DNA of 64,000 nt from a virus: positions 1-64,000 of IMG/VR virus record IMGVR_UViG_3300025133_000060; one strand, written 5' to 3'. Below the pieces are notes generated by a model that worked only from the letters and a program-made list of their open reading frames with translations, had not been told where the DNA came from and did no database searches. This document shows positions 9,870 to 20,025 of the stretch, piece after piece (position 1 is the stretch's first letter; each line of letters starts with the position of its first letter). Position numbers and translations under genes: made by a program.

Positions 9870-10328
9870 TCATACTTCTAAGGGTATGTTATTGATTCGC
9901 AAATAAGTCAACAAGTGTCGGTCAGTCCATGCTTTGAGGCCTGACGATTGTTCTCGTTTGAGAACTTTTTGTGTGGTCTCGTGGATGAGAAGTCGCTCAT
10001 CCTCTCCCCAATCATTCCAGTCTCGAACTAATTCGCATATCTCACGCACGAGTGTATAACAAAGGGGGTCATCATCCTCTCCCCAGATTGCCTTCTCCAG
10101 ATTGCTGATGAACTGGCTCACCTTGTCCGAACGAATCATTAAGGCATATCCTTCGGCCACCTTTGACCATTCGGCTTTGTCTCGCTTCAATTCACTATAC
10201 AACAGGTTGCGATGATACGAGAGGCCACCGAGATGCGTTCCGAATATCGCACGAGCCTCGTGGTGGGTGAGGCCACATGAATCTCGGAGAAGGCGGTATG
10301 CCTTGCGCCAATCACTTAACTGGGTCAA
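9870..10328 (-). CDS. Hypothetical helical protein
   Basis: ORF directly after PolB; probable TTG start overlapping the PolB stop. Confidence 0.55.
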   Translation of the reverse strand: MTQLSDWRKAYRLLRDSCGLTHHEARAIFGTHLGGLSYHRNLLYSELKRDKAEWSKVAEGYALMIRSDKVSQFISNLEKAIWGEDDDPLCYTLVREICELVRDWNDWGEDERLLIHETTQKVLKREQSSGLKAWTDRHLLTYLRINNIPLEV

Positions 10329-13021
10329 ACAAACCAATCTCCCATTGTTGACTGACTCATTCCGGCTCTCGCTTGTTCCCACGATGTTCCGAGCGCACCA
10401 AGAATCTGTTTGAAAGAATTGGAATTGACGAAGAACTTCTCAATCGCTCCCACCCTATCGACCACGATACCATACTCGGCTGGGTCATCTCCCCACTCAA
10501 TTGCCACGAGTCGGTTCGGTGGGATTCCATTCTTGGTCGCAGAGGCCATGAATATCACCGGCTTATCACCGAGCGTGAATGATGTGTTCAGATGTTTGTT
10601 TGACCACATCGCCGACCGATGCGCTTGAGTTCCAGATGTTTTCACTCCCATCGGTTGGCCGTAATCTCCATCGGTTGTCAAGGTTGGGTCGAGCATATCG
10701 GATTCGATAGAGCGAATCAACAGATTGATGTCAGTTCGGGAATCGCCATCCAGTATAGATTTGAACAATCGCTCTTGAGCCGACTTGACAACCTGCGGCG
10801 AACTCGACCGGCGCATCTCCACACCTCTGAATCCATGATGTCCATCAAAGTCAACATAGGCATATCGCTTCTTGACTCCCCATTGAAAGTAGCGAGCATA
10901 GAAGGCATCGGGTTTGACTCTAAAGAACTCATTCTTGGGAACCCCAAGAGTAGTCTGCACGAACTCATCAAATGATGCGTTGAGAATCTCGGTCAAAATG
11001 TTCGCACAGGAATAGATGTCTGATGGTGTGAATGGTCGCACTTTGGATTCGGCTTCATCGTGGTTCTCAATTATCGTCTTGCACGAATCTGTGTCTTGAT
11101 AGAGAGTCTTGAATCGGAGTCGCACCGCATCCGCATCACCTTCGACATGAGATGGGAGTCTATCAATGTTTTGGTCTATCAATGGTTGTGGGTCGGGATA
11201 GACACCATCCTGTGTGAAAATTAGTGTGGCTCGATTGATGATTGATTTATTCCAATCGTTGTGGCGGCGAGCGATGTCGGTTATATCGGAGCCAATCTCA
11301 CCATCGACCAGTCGGAATGGTCGGCCAGATGTTTTGTCGGTTTGACCAGAACCAAGAACTCCATACCACGAGTTCATGTTCTCCTTCATCACCCGTTGGC
11401 GTTGGTTGAGTCGATTGCCAAGTTCGTCATTCCCAGATTTGTATGCTTCGGCCATATCGCCCCTCACTCGCTCTCGCTCGGTTGCGAGCCCACGAAGGAT
11501 GCTTGGCATCAATCCCTCGATGTCTTGGCGATAGATGCGACCCAATGGAGTCCGAGCGACAGGGAATGGGAATCCGTCAGGATAATCCTCTTCACGCACC
11601 TTCGTGCTTGGGTCGGCATTACAAGTGATGATGACCGATGGATATTCCATCGAGTTATCCAGTTCAAACGCATTCTGCCATAGACCTGACGGTGCATCCA
11701 TCACATACCCACCGGATTCAATTCCGCCGGTCGCCAATCTGGAGCGAACTGTATCGAGCGATGGCATCACGGCATCCCTGTCTTGGAGCAAATGACCCAT
11801 CATATCCTCAATGAGCATCATGTTCGAGTGCGCCGAATGGAGTGTGGAATTGTGGAATCCGACTTTCATCTGATAGAATGAGAGCAGGTCGAGTTTATCC
11901 ATGCACCGATGAGCCACGACATTATCCCAGATATTGTAAATCACCAACATCATCGGGTCGTTCGCCATCATCTGCTTGATTGATGTGCGAGGAACTTTGC
12001 CATAGCCGAGTGTTGATTGACCCATCCATGCGAGCGATGCGGCTCCTGTTGTTGCGGCGGCTCCCTGAACCTGCTCGGCATAGACTCGCTTTGTATCGAA
12101 TGACGGCATGAGTCCTTTGTGTCGGGTGAATAATTTTGGATAGGTCGCCCATACTGGAACATTCCCTCGATGTTCTCGCTCCATCGCTCGGCGTTGATTG
12201 ACGCATCGGTTCTTCACATACGGGTTGTCATAGTTCAGAATGTTCTGACCAGCGATAACATCGGGGTCATACTTCTTGATGACTCTCTCGAACCACCAAA
12301 GCAATCCAGCCTCACGCTCGATGTCATCCTCGCCTTCGATGTTGTGAACATGGATGCGCTCGGCCACGAGTGGTGGGATTGGGTTATCATGCTCAACAAC
12401 GGACTCCAGAGCGACCTGTGAGGCCATGAATCGTCTGACTTGTCTTTCACTTGTGTGGCGGATTGTTGCACACTCATGGGTGTCTGTGCGTTCATCATAG
12501 ATGGCTATCGACACAATCGGTTCGGGTGTTCCATTCATGTCGAGGGAGTCGGCGGTCTCTATGTCATAATAGAGAGCATTCAATTTGAAATCTGAAATGT
12601 CGTGATTGGATTTGTGGATTTCAATCGGTCGCAGAACTGTCGACTTCGTGAGAAGTTCAGTATCGACTTCGATAACCGCACCCCAGCCTGCAATCCAGCG
12701 CACCAGATTCGGCCAAGACACATCAGCACAATAATGAGGAAAAAAGAACTCACGGATTTCACGAATGTGGGATGGCTTATCCACTCGGATTTCAAAAAGT
12801 AAATCTCCTTCGACCGATGTGAACTTGGATGGTTTAATGCTCTTGACTTGCTTCGGGAGAATCATTCCCTTCGGATTCTTTTCAGTCCAGAAGCGTGGTT
12901 GAATGTTGCGAACCAACAGGTTGTGGGATTGCCCATCGAGTGCCTTGCATCGAATCTCGGTGAGCAGTTCGGGGTTCTCGTGATAGTCGAGAGCGATAAT
13001 CAAAAGAGGTTCTTTAGCCAT
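10325..13021 (-). CDS. polB: Family B DNA polymerase
   Basis: Exo I YYDIET, Exo II NILNYD, Exo III YNIWD; pol motifs DNSMEYPS, KENMNSWYG, YQDTDS, KKRY. Confidence 0.96.
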   Translation of the reverse strand: MAKEPLLIIALDYHENPELLTEIRCKALDGQSHNLLVRNIQPRFWTEKNPKGMILPKQVKSIKPSKFTSVEGDLLFEIRVDKPSHIREIREFFFPHYCADVSWPNLVRWIAGWGAVIEVDTELLTKSTVLRPIEIHKSNHDISDFKLNALYYDIETADSLDMNGTPEPIVSIAIYDERTDTHECATIRHTSERQVRRFMASQVALESVVEHDNPIPPLVAERIHVHNIEGEDDIEREAGLLWWFERVIKKYDPDVIAGQNILNYDNPYVKNRCVNQRRAMEREHRGNVPVWATYPKLFTRHKGLMPSFDTKRVYAEQVQGAAATTGAASLAWMGQSTLGYGKVPRTSIKQMMANDPMMLVIYNIWDNVVAHRCMDKLDLLSFYQMKVGFHNSTLHSAHSNMMLIEDMMGHLLQDRDAVMPSLDTVRSRLATGGIESGGYVMDAPSGLWQNAFELDNSMEYPSVIITCNADPSTKVREEDYPDGFPFPVARTPLGRIYRQDIEGLMPSILRGLATERERVRGDMAEAYKSGNDELGNRLNQRQRVMKENMNSWYGVLGSGQTDKTSGRPFRLVDGEIGSDITDIARRHNDWNKSIINRATLIFTQDGVYPDPQPLIDQNIDRLPSHVEGDADAVRLRFKTLYQDTDSCKTIIENHDEAESKVRPFTPSDIYSCANILTEILNASFDEFVQTTLGVPKNEFFRVKPDAFYARYFQWGVKKRYAYVDFDGHHGFRGVEMRRSSSPQVVKSAQERLFKSILDGDSRTDINLLIRSIESDMLDPTLTTDGDYGQPMGVKTSGTQAHRSAMWSNKHLNTSFTLGDKPVIFMASATKNGIPPNRLVAIEWGDDPAEYGIVVDRVGAIEKFFVNSNSFKQILGALGTSWEQARAGMSQSTMGDWFV

Positions 13022-13287
13022 GCCAACAATCTCCTTATGACCCCCACCTTTTTGATTGGGTTGCAGGTATGAACAACCGCATCAACGGCTCTAAGACGAA
13101 CCAATGCGGCGGTGAGATAGATGGCTAAGTCGAGAACCTCTTCAAGCCCCATCTCCGCCCATGAATCAGCGGGAGTTCCCCACGACCGAGTATCATCCAT
13201 CACTCGGATTCCATGTCCATATCGGTCTCGGCCAATATCCAATCGAGCCTGAATCAATTCGAGAATCTCGTCATTGTCATCCATCAT
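13000..13287 (-). CDS. All-alpha NTP pyrophosphatase (MazG-like) family protein
   Basis: G..RYG...W...GLEEVLDLAIYL (EExxD) motif; overlaps the polB start. Confidence 0.6.
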   Translation of the reverse strand: MMDDNDEILELIQARLDIGRDRYGHGIRVMDDTRSWGTPADSWAEMGLEEVLDLAIYLTAALVRLRAVDAVVHTCNPIKKVGVIRRLLAWLKNLF

Positions 13288-14306
13288 GTTTTCAATCTCC
13301 TTAACCAAGCCTTGACGGTGAGAATGTCATCCTGTGAGATTGACGCATGATGAAGTGCATCACCAATCGAACTGAAAATTGAACGCTGAATTGACACCGG
13401 CATCGACCTATCTTCTGCTGTCGCTCTGAATATCGAATCCAATATGTCGCTGCCAGAGAATCCCTGTTCTGCCAGATTCTCGATTTGCTTATCCATCCGT
13501 CTGGCCAATTGTCGATATTGCTCTGGGTCGGATTCTTGAGAACACTTGAATGCGGTTTGTAGCAATCGGACTCTCGCCTTCGGGCTCAATTCTGCAACGA
13601 CATCATCGACATCATCAATCGTGGCGGTTGTTGGAACTCTCGTGGTGGCGAATAGAATGTTGAGTGCTTTACGCATGGAGCCACGAGCGACAAGGCCGAT
13701 TCTCTCGATAGCCTGTGGTTCAATATCCAGATTCTCCTTCTCGGCCACATTGGTCAAAGCAAATGTGATGTCGACCTTTGGGATTGGTCGGAATCGAGTA
13801 TCGGAGAACGCACATCTATCCTTTACTGGGTCAATCAATTTGTGAGGATAATTGCACGACAGAATGAACCGAGTCGTTTTGGAATGAATCTCCATGATTC
13901 GGCGGAGAGCAGATTGAGCATCGGGTGTCAGGTTGTCGCATTCGTCAAGGAACACCACATTGAATGGTATCGCACGAGTCTCCCCATTGACCAGATATGA
14001 ACCGATAACACCACGCCGAGCAAAGTCCTTGACCTTCGTGCGGATGATATTGATTGACCGTTCATCGGATGCGTTCAATTCAACAAAGTTTGCATCCCAA
14101 TCATCTCCGAACATCGAACGCATCAATGCCATCGCCGCCGATGTCTTGCCGACTCCAGCGGGTCCGGCAAACATCAGATGAGGGAATCCGGCATCCGCAC
14201 CAGATTGGTGCAAATCCTTGACCATGAACTTCAAGCGGTCGATGATGTGGTCTTGGCCAATAACATCATCAAGAACGAGTGGCCTATACGATTCCGCCCA
14301 TAGCAT
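13284..14306 (-). CDS. rfcS: Replication factor C small subunit
   Basis: WAESYRP..LDDVIGQ, GPAGVGKT, ELNASDER, LDECD, AQSALRRIME, FILSCNY, DRC. Confidence 0.95.
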   Translation of the reverse strand: MLWAESYRPLVLDDVIGQDHIIDRLKFMVKDLHQSGADAGFPHLMFAGPAGVGKTSAAMALMRSMFGDDWDANFVELNASDERSINIIRTKVKDFARRGVIGSYLVNGETRAIPFNVVFLDECDNLTPDAQSALRRIMEIHSKTTRFILSCNYPHKLIDPVKDRCAFSDTRFRPIPKVDITFALTNVAEKENLDIEPQAIERIGLVARGSMRKALNILFATTRVPTTATIDDVDDVVAELSPKARVRLLQTAFKCSQESDPEQYRQLARRMDKQIENLAEQGFSGSDILDSIFRATAEDRSMPVSIQRSIFSSIGDALHHASISQDDILTVKAWLRRLKT

Positions 14307-14321
14307 GATTGAAGGGTGAAC

Positions 14322-14336
14322 CCCCACCCTTATGAA
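14322..14336 (-). promoter_or_regulatory. Class II promoter (type copy TTCATAAGGGTGGGG) of replication genes
   Basis: Copies with TATA starting at 1745, 8507, 19255, 21661, 22591, 24009, 26045, 30709, 52465, 61321, 61785; ATG 30-31 nt downstream except at 52465. Confidence 0.8.
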
Positions 14337-14342
14337 TCAGTT

Positions 14343-14684
14343 TCAATATGTGCGAATATATGAGAGGCGGCGGTGGAATACACTAACCGGATAACACAGT
14401 ATGGTTTCCAGACACTTTTTGCAGAATAGCCCCTTCTCAACCCATTCATCGAACTCATCTGGGGATGGTGTATCTAATCGAATAATATCGCTCACTTCTC
14501 CGACTTTGCCGATTGAGCAACGGTCAGCCCAAGTGTGAACACTACCAAAATTGATGATTCCATAGTGGATTTTACCTCTTGGCGTTGTTCGATAAAAAGC
14601 ATGGCGGTCGGATTGGTGGCTCATAGTAATCATCTCAAAGGTTGTTGGCGGCGAATACTGCACCTTCATAATCGTCAGCCCCAT
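14343..14684 (-). CDS. Hypothetical protein
   Basis: 113 aa; H..C...CKKC. Confidence 0.5.
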   Translation of the reverse strand: MGLTIMKVQYSPPTTFEMITMSHQSDRHAFYRTTPRGKIHYGIINFGSVHTWADRCSIGKVGEVSDIIRLDTPSPDEFDEWVEKGLFCKKCLETILCYPVSVFHRRLSYIRTY

Positions 14685-14790
14685 TTATCCATGCGAAGCA
14701 GATTTCACAATCCGCATCCACGCATTCATCAAGGTGTTTTTTCATAGCAGGGCATTCGTCAAAGGTTTCGTTTTTACAGCAATTGCACAT
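14635..14790 (-). CDS. Small Cys-rich protein
   Basis: MCNCCKNETFDEC...C..DCEIC; purine-rich GGAGATGA upstream. Confidence 0.5.
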   Translation of the reverse strand: MCNCCKNETFDECPAMKKHLDECVDADCEICFAWINGADDYEGAVFAANNL

Positions 14791-14810
14791 ATCATCATCT
14801 CCGGTTTTGT

Positions 14811-15197
14811 TCAGTTTTGGGTGAATGGGTTGAAGGGTTCGTTGCGGCCCTGTGTCTGTCCGTTGTTGTTGCGGAGAACAGTCTTGAGAACTGTGCCGGT
14901 CATGTCGACCAGAACATCGGTGCGGCTGACGGAGAGGTTGAAGGTTTGGGTTGCTCGGCGGAGATAGATTGTGCGAACTTGTCCGTTGCGAACGATGGCG
15001 ACAACACAGTCGCCGTTGGATTCGTTGCCCCATGCTTGGTTGCGTTGTCCGTTAAGGCGGTGAGCGATGATTCCAATCGACTTGTTGCCATACTTTGCAC
15101 AGGCTGAAGCGATTGCGGAATTGACCTTTTGTGCTTCTTCGCCAACGAGTCTTTCGTCTGCTCGCTGAAGTGCGTGGAGGTTCGCCTTTGTCGCCAT
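14811..15197 (-). CDS. Putative BECR/RelE-like ribonuclease (class I cassette)
   Basis: N-terminal HALQRADER helix and VVAIVRNGQVRTIY strands; ATG 29 nt after the class I TATA. Confidence 0.5.
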   Translation of the reverse strand: MATKANLHALQRADERLVGEEAQKVNSAIASACAKYGNKSIGIIAHRLNGQRNQAWGNESNGDCVVAIVRNGQVRTIYLRRATQTFNLSVSRTDVLVDMTGTVLKTVLRNNNGQTQGRNEPFNPFTQN

Positions 15198-15220
15198 GTT
15201 TAGTGCTGGAGGTTTCCCCC

Positions 15221-15244
15221 TATAAAGGCTTCGCAATATCAATG
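15221..15244 (-). promoter_or_regulatory. Class I promoter repeat (type copy CATTGATATTGCGAAGCCTTTATA)
   Basis: Copies at 2467-2490, 19876-19897, 26496-26519, 28887-28906 (partial), 31854-31877, 32379-32402, 39821-39844, 41992-42016, 56150-56172 (-) and 52561-52584, 61354-61377 (+); start codon 29-31 nt after the TATA. Confidence 0.85.
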
Positions 15245-15298
15245 CTATTGTTCCCTCAAATCGGTGTTTTTCGCATCGCCACGAGTCTGTTCTGGTGT

Positions 15299-16129
15299 TC
15301 ACTTTTCGACCAATTTTCGCACCTTTGCGGCGAATGAAAGTGTCCGAGTTCTTGCCAGTCGGAGATAGTCATCGTTCGGGCATATCGAATCCAATATCTT
15401 CTGCTTGTGTTCTGTCGACAGATTCAATTCCAGCGAATCCAAAACGAGAACCGAATCCGGCAATCCTGTCTGGAACTTCTGGGAGAATCCATTGACGGCG
15501 GCGACTTTGGTTCCAGCACAAACACCCCACAATGCACCATGATATGATGACGATAGCACAATCTCCGATGCAACAATCTCACGGATGATGTCGGCAACCG
15601 GACCCTGCATTTTGACTTCATTCCAATCGGGGGGTCGGTTCGGATAACTGAATCTGAATCTATCCTCTCGATGTTGAACGGCCAAGACTTCGTTGAAGGT
15701 TGAACGCTTCACCATTGATGTTGCATCCCTGTCAAATAGTGGGTGCATGATACTCACACATGGAACCCACTTCGGGTCGATTCGACAATCACGGATTCCA
15801 ACCAAGTCGGCTTTGTCAATCAAAGCCTGACCGAATGAAGGGAGTGAATCATCATCGACTCCATGCCGATTCCGACCGATACCCCAAAGCGTGAGCGACT
15901 TCAAATCGGATTGGATGAGATGCTTCATGAACGGGGCGAAGTCATCATAGAGCAAACCGCCACCACCGAGAATCACATCTGCATTCCGTAGGTTCACCCA
16001 TTGAACATCGACAATATCAATCGTCTTGAAATCCTTAAGCCACTTTGGAAAATATAATTTAGGATTCGAGGCCATGTCGCCAGCGTTGTCATTATCTCGC
16101 CGATGGATGATGTATTTGCGACTCAACAA
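15299..16129 (-). CDS. Polysaccharide pyruvyl transferase-like protein
   Basis: NAGD, ILGGGGL, WGIG, IGIRD-like, SSSYHG motifs. Confidence 0.8.
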   Translation of the reverse strand: MLSRKYIIHRRDNDNAGDMASNPKLYFPKWLKDFKTIDIVDVQWVNLRNADVILGGGGLLYDDFAPFMKHLIQSDLKSLTLWGIGRNRHGVDDDSLPSFGQALIDKADLVGIRDCRIDPKWVPCVSIMHPLFDRDATSMVKRSTFNEVLAVQHREDRFRFSYPNRPPDWNEVKMQGPVADIIREIVASEIVLSSSYHGALWGVCAGTKVAAVNGFSQKFQTGLPDSVLVLDSLELNLSTEHKQKILDSICPNDDYLRLARTRTLSFAAKVRKLVEK

Positions 16130-16983
16130 TCTCCCTCATGGAATACATCATAGATGCGTTGGGCGACCTTCTCTCCAATCCCATCGAGAGCCTTGATTTC
16201 ATCGACTGATGCGTTGGCGATGTTGGCCAACGAACCAAAGTGTTCCACCAGTTTGCGGCGAGTCTTGAGGCCAACCTTCGGGAGTGCTTGGATGATTATA
16301 TCTCGATACTCCTTCGGCTTCGGTGCGTTGGGTCGAGGAACATACAATCTGGGAATGTCATCCTCAACCTTCTCAACGATGCGGTGCATGAGATTGGCGG
16401 CATCATAATGGTCAGGCATGAATATCGGTGGATAGCCAACGGCGCATAGACTGGCGATGTAGCCAAGCAAAGTCCGAGTCGACATTCCCTTCTCGGCGGC
16501 ATCCATTTTGATGTCAGACCATGACTTGGTGATAATGACGAACGAGAACTCCGCTTCTTCACGCATCGCACCCAATTGTGTGAGCCTTCGATTGTCGAAT
16601 AGCGATGGGAGAAGGTCATCCTCTTTGCGCTCGATACTGACTCGACTGGATGCAACATCACCTTGACCTGTGTGAAGGTGGCTAATCTCGAATCCGAGTT
16701 CTGCCAGATATGAACGAATGAGCCAATGTTCACGATGGTCGACTTTGCGTTGTCGCTTCAACAATTCTCCTGTGATTGAAGTTCCGATTTGCTCGGCTCC
16801 CGACCGGCTCACCAGATTCTCACCTGTGAGCGTATTGAGCCCAATATCATCCCACTCGATGGCCAGTTCGGCGAGAATCGCTCTCAACAATCCAAGCCGT
16901 TGGCTCAAATTGCCTTCGGCTCGATTGTTGATTTCATCTGCGTCTTTCAAGAAGTCCCTCTTTTTCGTTATTCGTCTGGTCAT
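16123..16983 (-). CDS. XPF/ERCC4 (Hef-like) structure-specific nuclease with HhH2 domain
   Basis: VDHRE, GD, IERK..DL..S..D.RL..Q; C-terminal LPKVG/LDGIGEK helix-hairpin-helix. Confidence 0.9.
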   Translation of the reverse strand: MTRRITKKRDFLKDADEINNRAEGNLSQRLGLLRAILAELAIEWDDIGLNTLTGENLVSRSGAEQIGTSITGELLKRQRKVDHREHWLIRSYLAELGFEISHLHTGQGDVASSRVSIERKEDDLLPSLFDNRRLTQLGAMREEAEFSFVIITKSWSDIKMDAAEKGMSTRTLLGYIASLCAVGYPPIFMPDHYDAANLMHRIVEKVEDDIPRLYVPRPNAPKPKEYRDIIIQALPKVGLKTRRKLVEHFGSLANIANASVDEIKALDGIGEKVAQRIYDVFHEGDC

Positions 16984-18161
16984 TTCACTCGGCTCCATTT
17001 TCGTTTGATAGTGCGCTGGTCTTGGAGTTCTCCAAAGAATGCGCTTGAGTCTTTGAACTTTGGACAGATGTCGCCCACACAACAACCATCTCGCTTGAGA
17101 GTCGAGCAGGATGCTGGCGCAACCATGTTTGGATTGTCGAAGATGGTGGCCATTTGATACGCTCGATATTCTGCATTGTGCAAGTCAACATAACCCACCT
17201 TTTTACCAAGTTCGACCCATATTCGTTCGAATTGATTTTGCTCGATTCCGATGCTCTTGGCGAACATCGCCGAATGGACTCTTGATTTGTGATTGGGATT
17301 CCTGCGCTTCAATTCATTCACGACTCCCATACACTTGATGTCCATCGAAGCGAGGAATCGTGCGCTCTCGGATGCGGCGTTGTCGAACCCGAAGTCATAG
17401 TCAATGATGGGTTTGATTCGGGTCTCCGGCGATTGCAGACTCACGCCAATCAAGTCGATGAATCCCTTGAGGGTTAATCGCTCACCTTCGATTTTGGGAA
17501 TGAAGAACTTTGGAACTGTTGCAGACCTGACGATTTCATCGTGGTTCACGGTCGCAAGCATATCGACTTCGATAGGCAACGCATAACGCCCGCTGCTCTG
17601 TCCATGTCTGTCGACATGGCGAGTGAATGGAAATCTGCAAAGTCGCTTTGGGTCGCCCATTGTCTGTGCATCCAATGTATTCAATTCGAGTGTGGTCTTG
17701 AGATGAGTCTGGACTTGGTGAACAATCTCTCTCAATGACTCTGCCGAGCCGTCTTTGGGGCTGAACTTGAATCGGGTTGGCTCATGGACTATTTGGAGAT
17801 GATAGCCCTTAGAGCCGCTGTATTGCACCCAATGAGCAACACCTTGCTCTCGCAAGAACTGACTCAATCGTTGAGCATCAGCAAAGGCATTCTCGGCCTT
17901 TGTCTCATGGTCGAAGTCAAAGAAGGTGAGGCCATACAGGATAGAACGAGGCACTTGTCGACCACCTTGCTCCCACACCAGATTGTCATATCCTTGCGTG
18001 GAGATGAAGCACGAGTGTTCGCCATTCCATTTACGGAATGCGGCCCAAGCGTTCTCGGTTGTATATGTGAATTGTTGTCGGGGATTGCCGATGGTGCGAG
18101 GCCAATTGCTGAAGCCCAAATGTGTGGATAACTTATCGAAGTCATCATATCTGGGGAACAT
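16980..18161 (-). CDS. Archaeo-eukaryotic primase, PriS fused to a PriL-like Fe-S domain
   Basis: FFDFD, YSGSKGYH, D..RLCRFP; C-terminal C..., H..R, SC..L...CC...C. Confidence 0.88.
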   Translation of the reverse strand: MFPRYDDFDKLSTHLGFSNWPRTIGNPRQQFTYTTENAWAAFRKWNGEHSCFISTQGYDNLVWEQGGRQVPRSILYGLTFFDFDHETKAENAFADAQRLSQFLREQGVAHWVQYSGSKGYHLQIVHEPTRFKFSPKDGSAESLREIVHQVQTHLKTTLELNTLDAQTMGDPKRLCRFPFTRHVDRHGQSSGRYALPIEVDMLATVNHDEIVRSATVPKFFIPKIEGERLTLKGFIDLIGVSLQSPETRIKPIIDYDFGFDNAASESARFLASMDIKCMGVVNELKRRNPNHKSRVHSAMFAKSIGIEQNQFERIWVELGKKVGYVDLHNAEYRAYQMATIFDNPNMVAPASCSTLKRDGCCVGDICPKFKDSSAFFGELQDQRTIKRKWSRVK

Positions 18162-18173
18162 CAGACATCACTC

Positions 18174-18422
18174 TCACGACTCCGACTCGAATCCTTCTCC
18201 AACGAGTGAACTCAACGAAGCGGCGGCATCGGACACATCATTCTTGACTCTCTCGGCATACGCCTTCAACACCTGTTCTTCTGTGATTCCAGCGTGAGCC
18301 AGCAAGAGGTCGATGGCCACCGCCATTCGGATTTTCTGTCGTTGATTCTCATCAATTCCAAGCATGGCTTCGGCGGCTTGAAGGTCAAACCTGCCTTTGT
18401 TTGGGTCATATAATCCACTCAT
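18174..18422 (-). CDS. Hypothetical protein
   Basis: 82 aa ORF between the clamp and primase genes. Confidence 0.6.
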   Translation of the reverse strand: MSGLYDPNKGRFDLQAAEAMLGIDENQRQKIRMAVAIDLLLAHAGITEEQVLKAYAERVKNDVSDAAASLSSLVGEGFESES

Positions 18423-18424
18423 GT

Positions 18425-19225
18425 TCAAGCCTCACGGATTGCTTCTGTGGCGACAATGGTTGTGGTCAATCCTTCGATAACGGCGAAGCCGCCCTTCTCA
18501 TGTTTTTGTAGCGTGATGGAATCACCATCAATCGCTTTGAGAATTGTGGTCAAATTACTGGTGAAGCAAACGGATGCTTCGCCTTTCACATCGGCCTTGA
18601 TTGGTGATGTTGACTGATTGGATTTTGCACCCCATTGTCCAGATGAACATGATGACTCTCCATCCTTGAAATTGAACACCACATACGGTGCTTTGGCCAC
18701 TTGCATATCGACCAGCCCACGCTGGAGTTCAGAGCGATTGAGTCGAACTTGGAGTGTTGACAATTCGCCATCAAACATCGGGAACTTGCAGATGCCAGCA
18801 GGGTTCTTTTTGAGAATCCAATGGTCAGGAACAGTATGGCATTCATCCTCATCGGCGGCGTGATAAACAGCAGATGCACCACTTCTTGACTTGACGGTGA
18901 TTGGCTTGGCGGCTTCGGTTTGAATGCGAACTTGTTCTCCACCGAACTTGGTCGATAGCAATTCCGAGAACGCCTTTGGTTCAATCAGAAGAATGCAATC
19001 CTCTTTGACTTTGAGGCCAGTCAATTCACGCTCGTTGACCAATACTTGGAGTGTCTTGGCATTGTCGTGGGTCCACACACTCAATCCATCGTTGGTGAAC
19101 ATCACCCGCACAGGGGCAGGTGGGTTGTCTGTAATGATGCTTGAGAGTGCATCGGCAAGGTCAGTCGCAGACACCTTGATGTCGGCGGTTCGTTCAAGGT
19201 CGGTCGAGTTCGGAGTGAGGCTCAT
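18425..19225 (-). CDS. Sliding clamp (PCNA-like)
   Basis: 266 aa, two-domain beta/alpha pattern (V.FTNDGLSV.T.D..), replisome context, class II promoter 30 nt upstream. Confidence 0.7.
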   Translation of the reverse strand: MSLTPNSTDLERTADIKVSATDLADALSSIITDNPPAPVRVMFTNDGLSVWTHDNAKTLQVLVNERELTGLKVKEDCILLIEPKAFSELLSTKFGGEQVRIQTEAAKPITVKSRSGASAVYHAADEDECHTVPDHWILKKNPAGICKFPMFDGELSTLQVRLNRSELQRGLVDMQVAKAPYVVFNFKDGESSCSSGQWGAKSNQSTSPIKADVKGEASVCFTSNLTTILKAIDGDSITLQKHEKGGFAVIEGLTTTIVATEAIREA

Positions 19226-19292
19226 AGATACGGAGCCGAGCCCCACCCTTATGAACCCGAAGGGAGCCACTCATCCTCAATCGAGTCGAGTA

Positions 19293-19730
19293 TCAAAACC
19301 ACATTGGAACATTACGGCCAAGTGCCAGTTCTGCCTTTGCTCGGTCTCGCATGAGTTCCGCCGAACGGCGGCGGATGAATCGTGCGGATGCTTCACCATC
19401 ACACGAGATGTTCTCTGGACTCAATTGACAATCAATGCCTTCGATAATATCCAAGAGTTCGGATTCGGTTTTGCCTTCAAATTGATTCGTCTGTGGGCGA
19501 GGGGTGCTGGTCATTGTGGCGTTAATAGTGTTGACACCATCCTCGATAACTTTGCATAGCGAGCGAGGCACAGTCCAGACGGTTCCTTCACGGTGCGACT
19601 TCTGTCGACCACGAGTGCCTATCTGCTTCACCTTGAGTTTCTTCGGGTTCACCTTTACAATTACACCCTGCGTCTTTTCACCGTGAGTTCGACCGAACTC
19701 AACAATCATTCCAATTTTCCAATCTGTCAT
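19293..19730 (-). CDS. KOW/SH3-like domain protein
   Basis: KIGMIVEF...GVIVKVNPKKLKV...WTVP; C-terminal LSPENISCDGE. Confidence 0.65.
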   Translation of the reverse strand: MTDWKIGMIVEFGRTHGEKTQGVIVKVNPKKLKVKQIGTRGRQKSHREGTVWTVPRSLCKVIEDGVNTINATMTSTPRPQTNQFEGKTESELLDIIEGIDCQLSPENISCDGEASARFIRRRSAELMRDRAKAELALGRNVPMWF

Positions 19731-19735
19731 TCTAT

Positions 19736-19852
19736 TCACCTTATCTCTATGACTCCAGCAATCATCAACGGCAACCAGATGAAAGTCAAGGGCATCAATG
19801 GCAAAACCATGACGCACCAAAGCCCAGCCGGTATGCGGATTAGTGGGGTCAT
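19736..19852 (-). CDS. 38-aa membrane peptide (class I cassette)
   Basis: MTPLIRIPAGLWCVMVLPLMPLTFIWLPLMIAGVIEIR; ATG 29 nt after the class I TATA. Confidence 0.55.
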   Translation of the reverse strand: MTPLIRIPAGLWCVMVLPLMPLTFIWLPLMIAGVIEIR

Positions 19853-20025
19853 GTTTATCGCACCACTATCCGCCTTATCAATGCTTCGGTATCTCAACCC
19901 TTTCAACCCCTATACCCATCACAAGTTTCTCTGTTGACAAGATATTGAGTTCGATATGAAGTCCTCGAACGAGTGAGGAACGAGGTTTGTGTAAATTATT
20001 ACGGGTTTTAACTGGATGAAATGAA

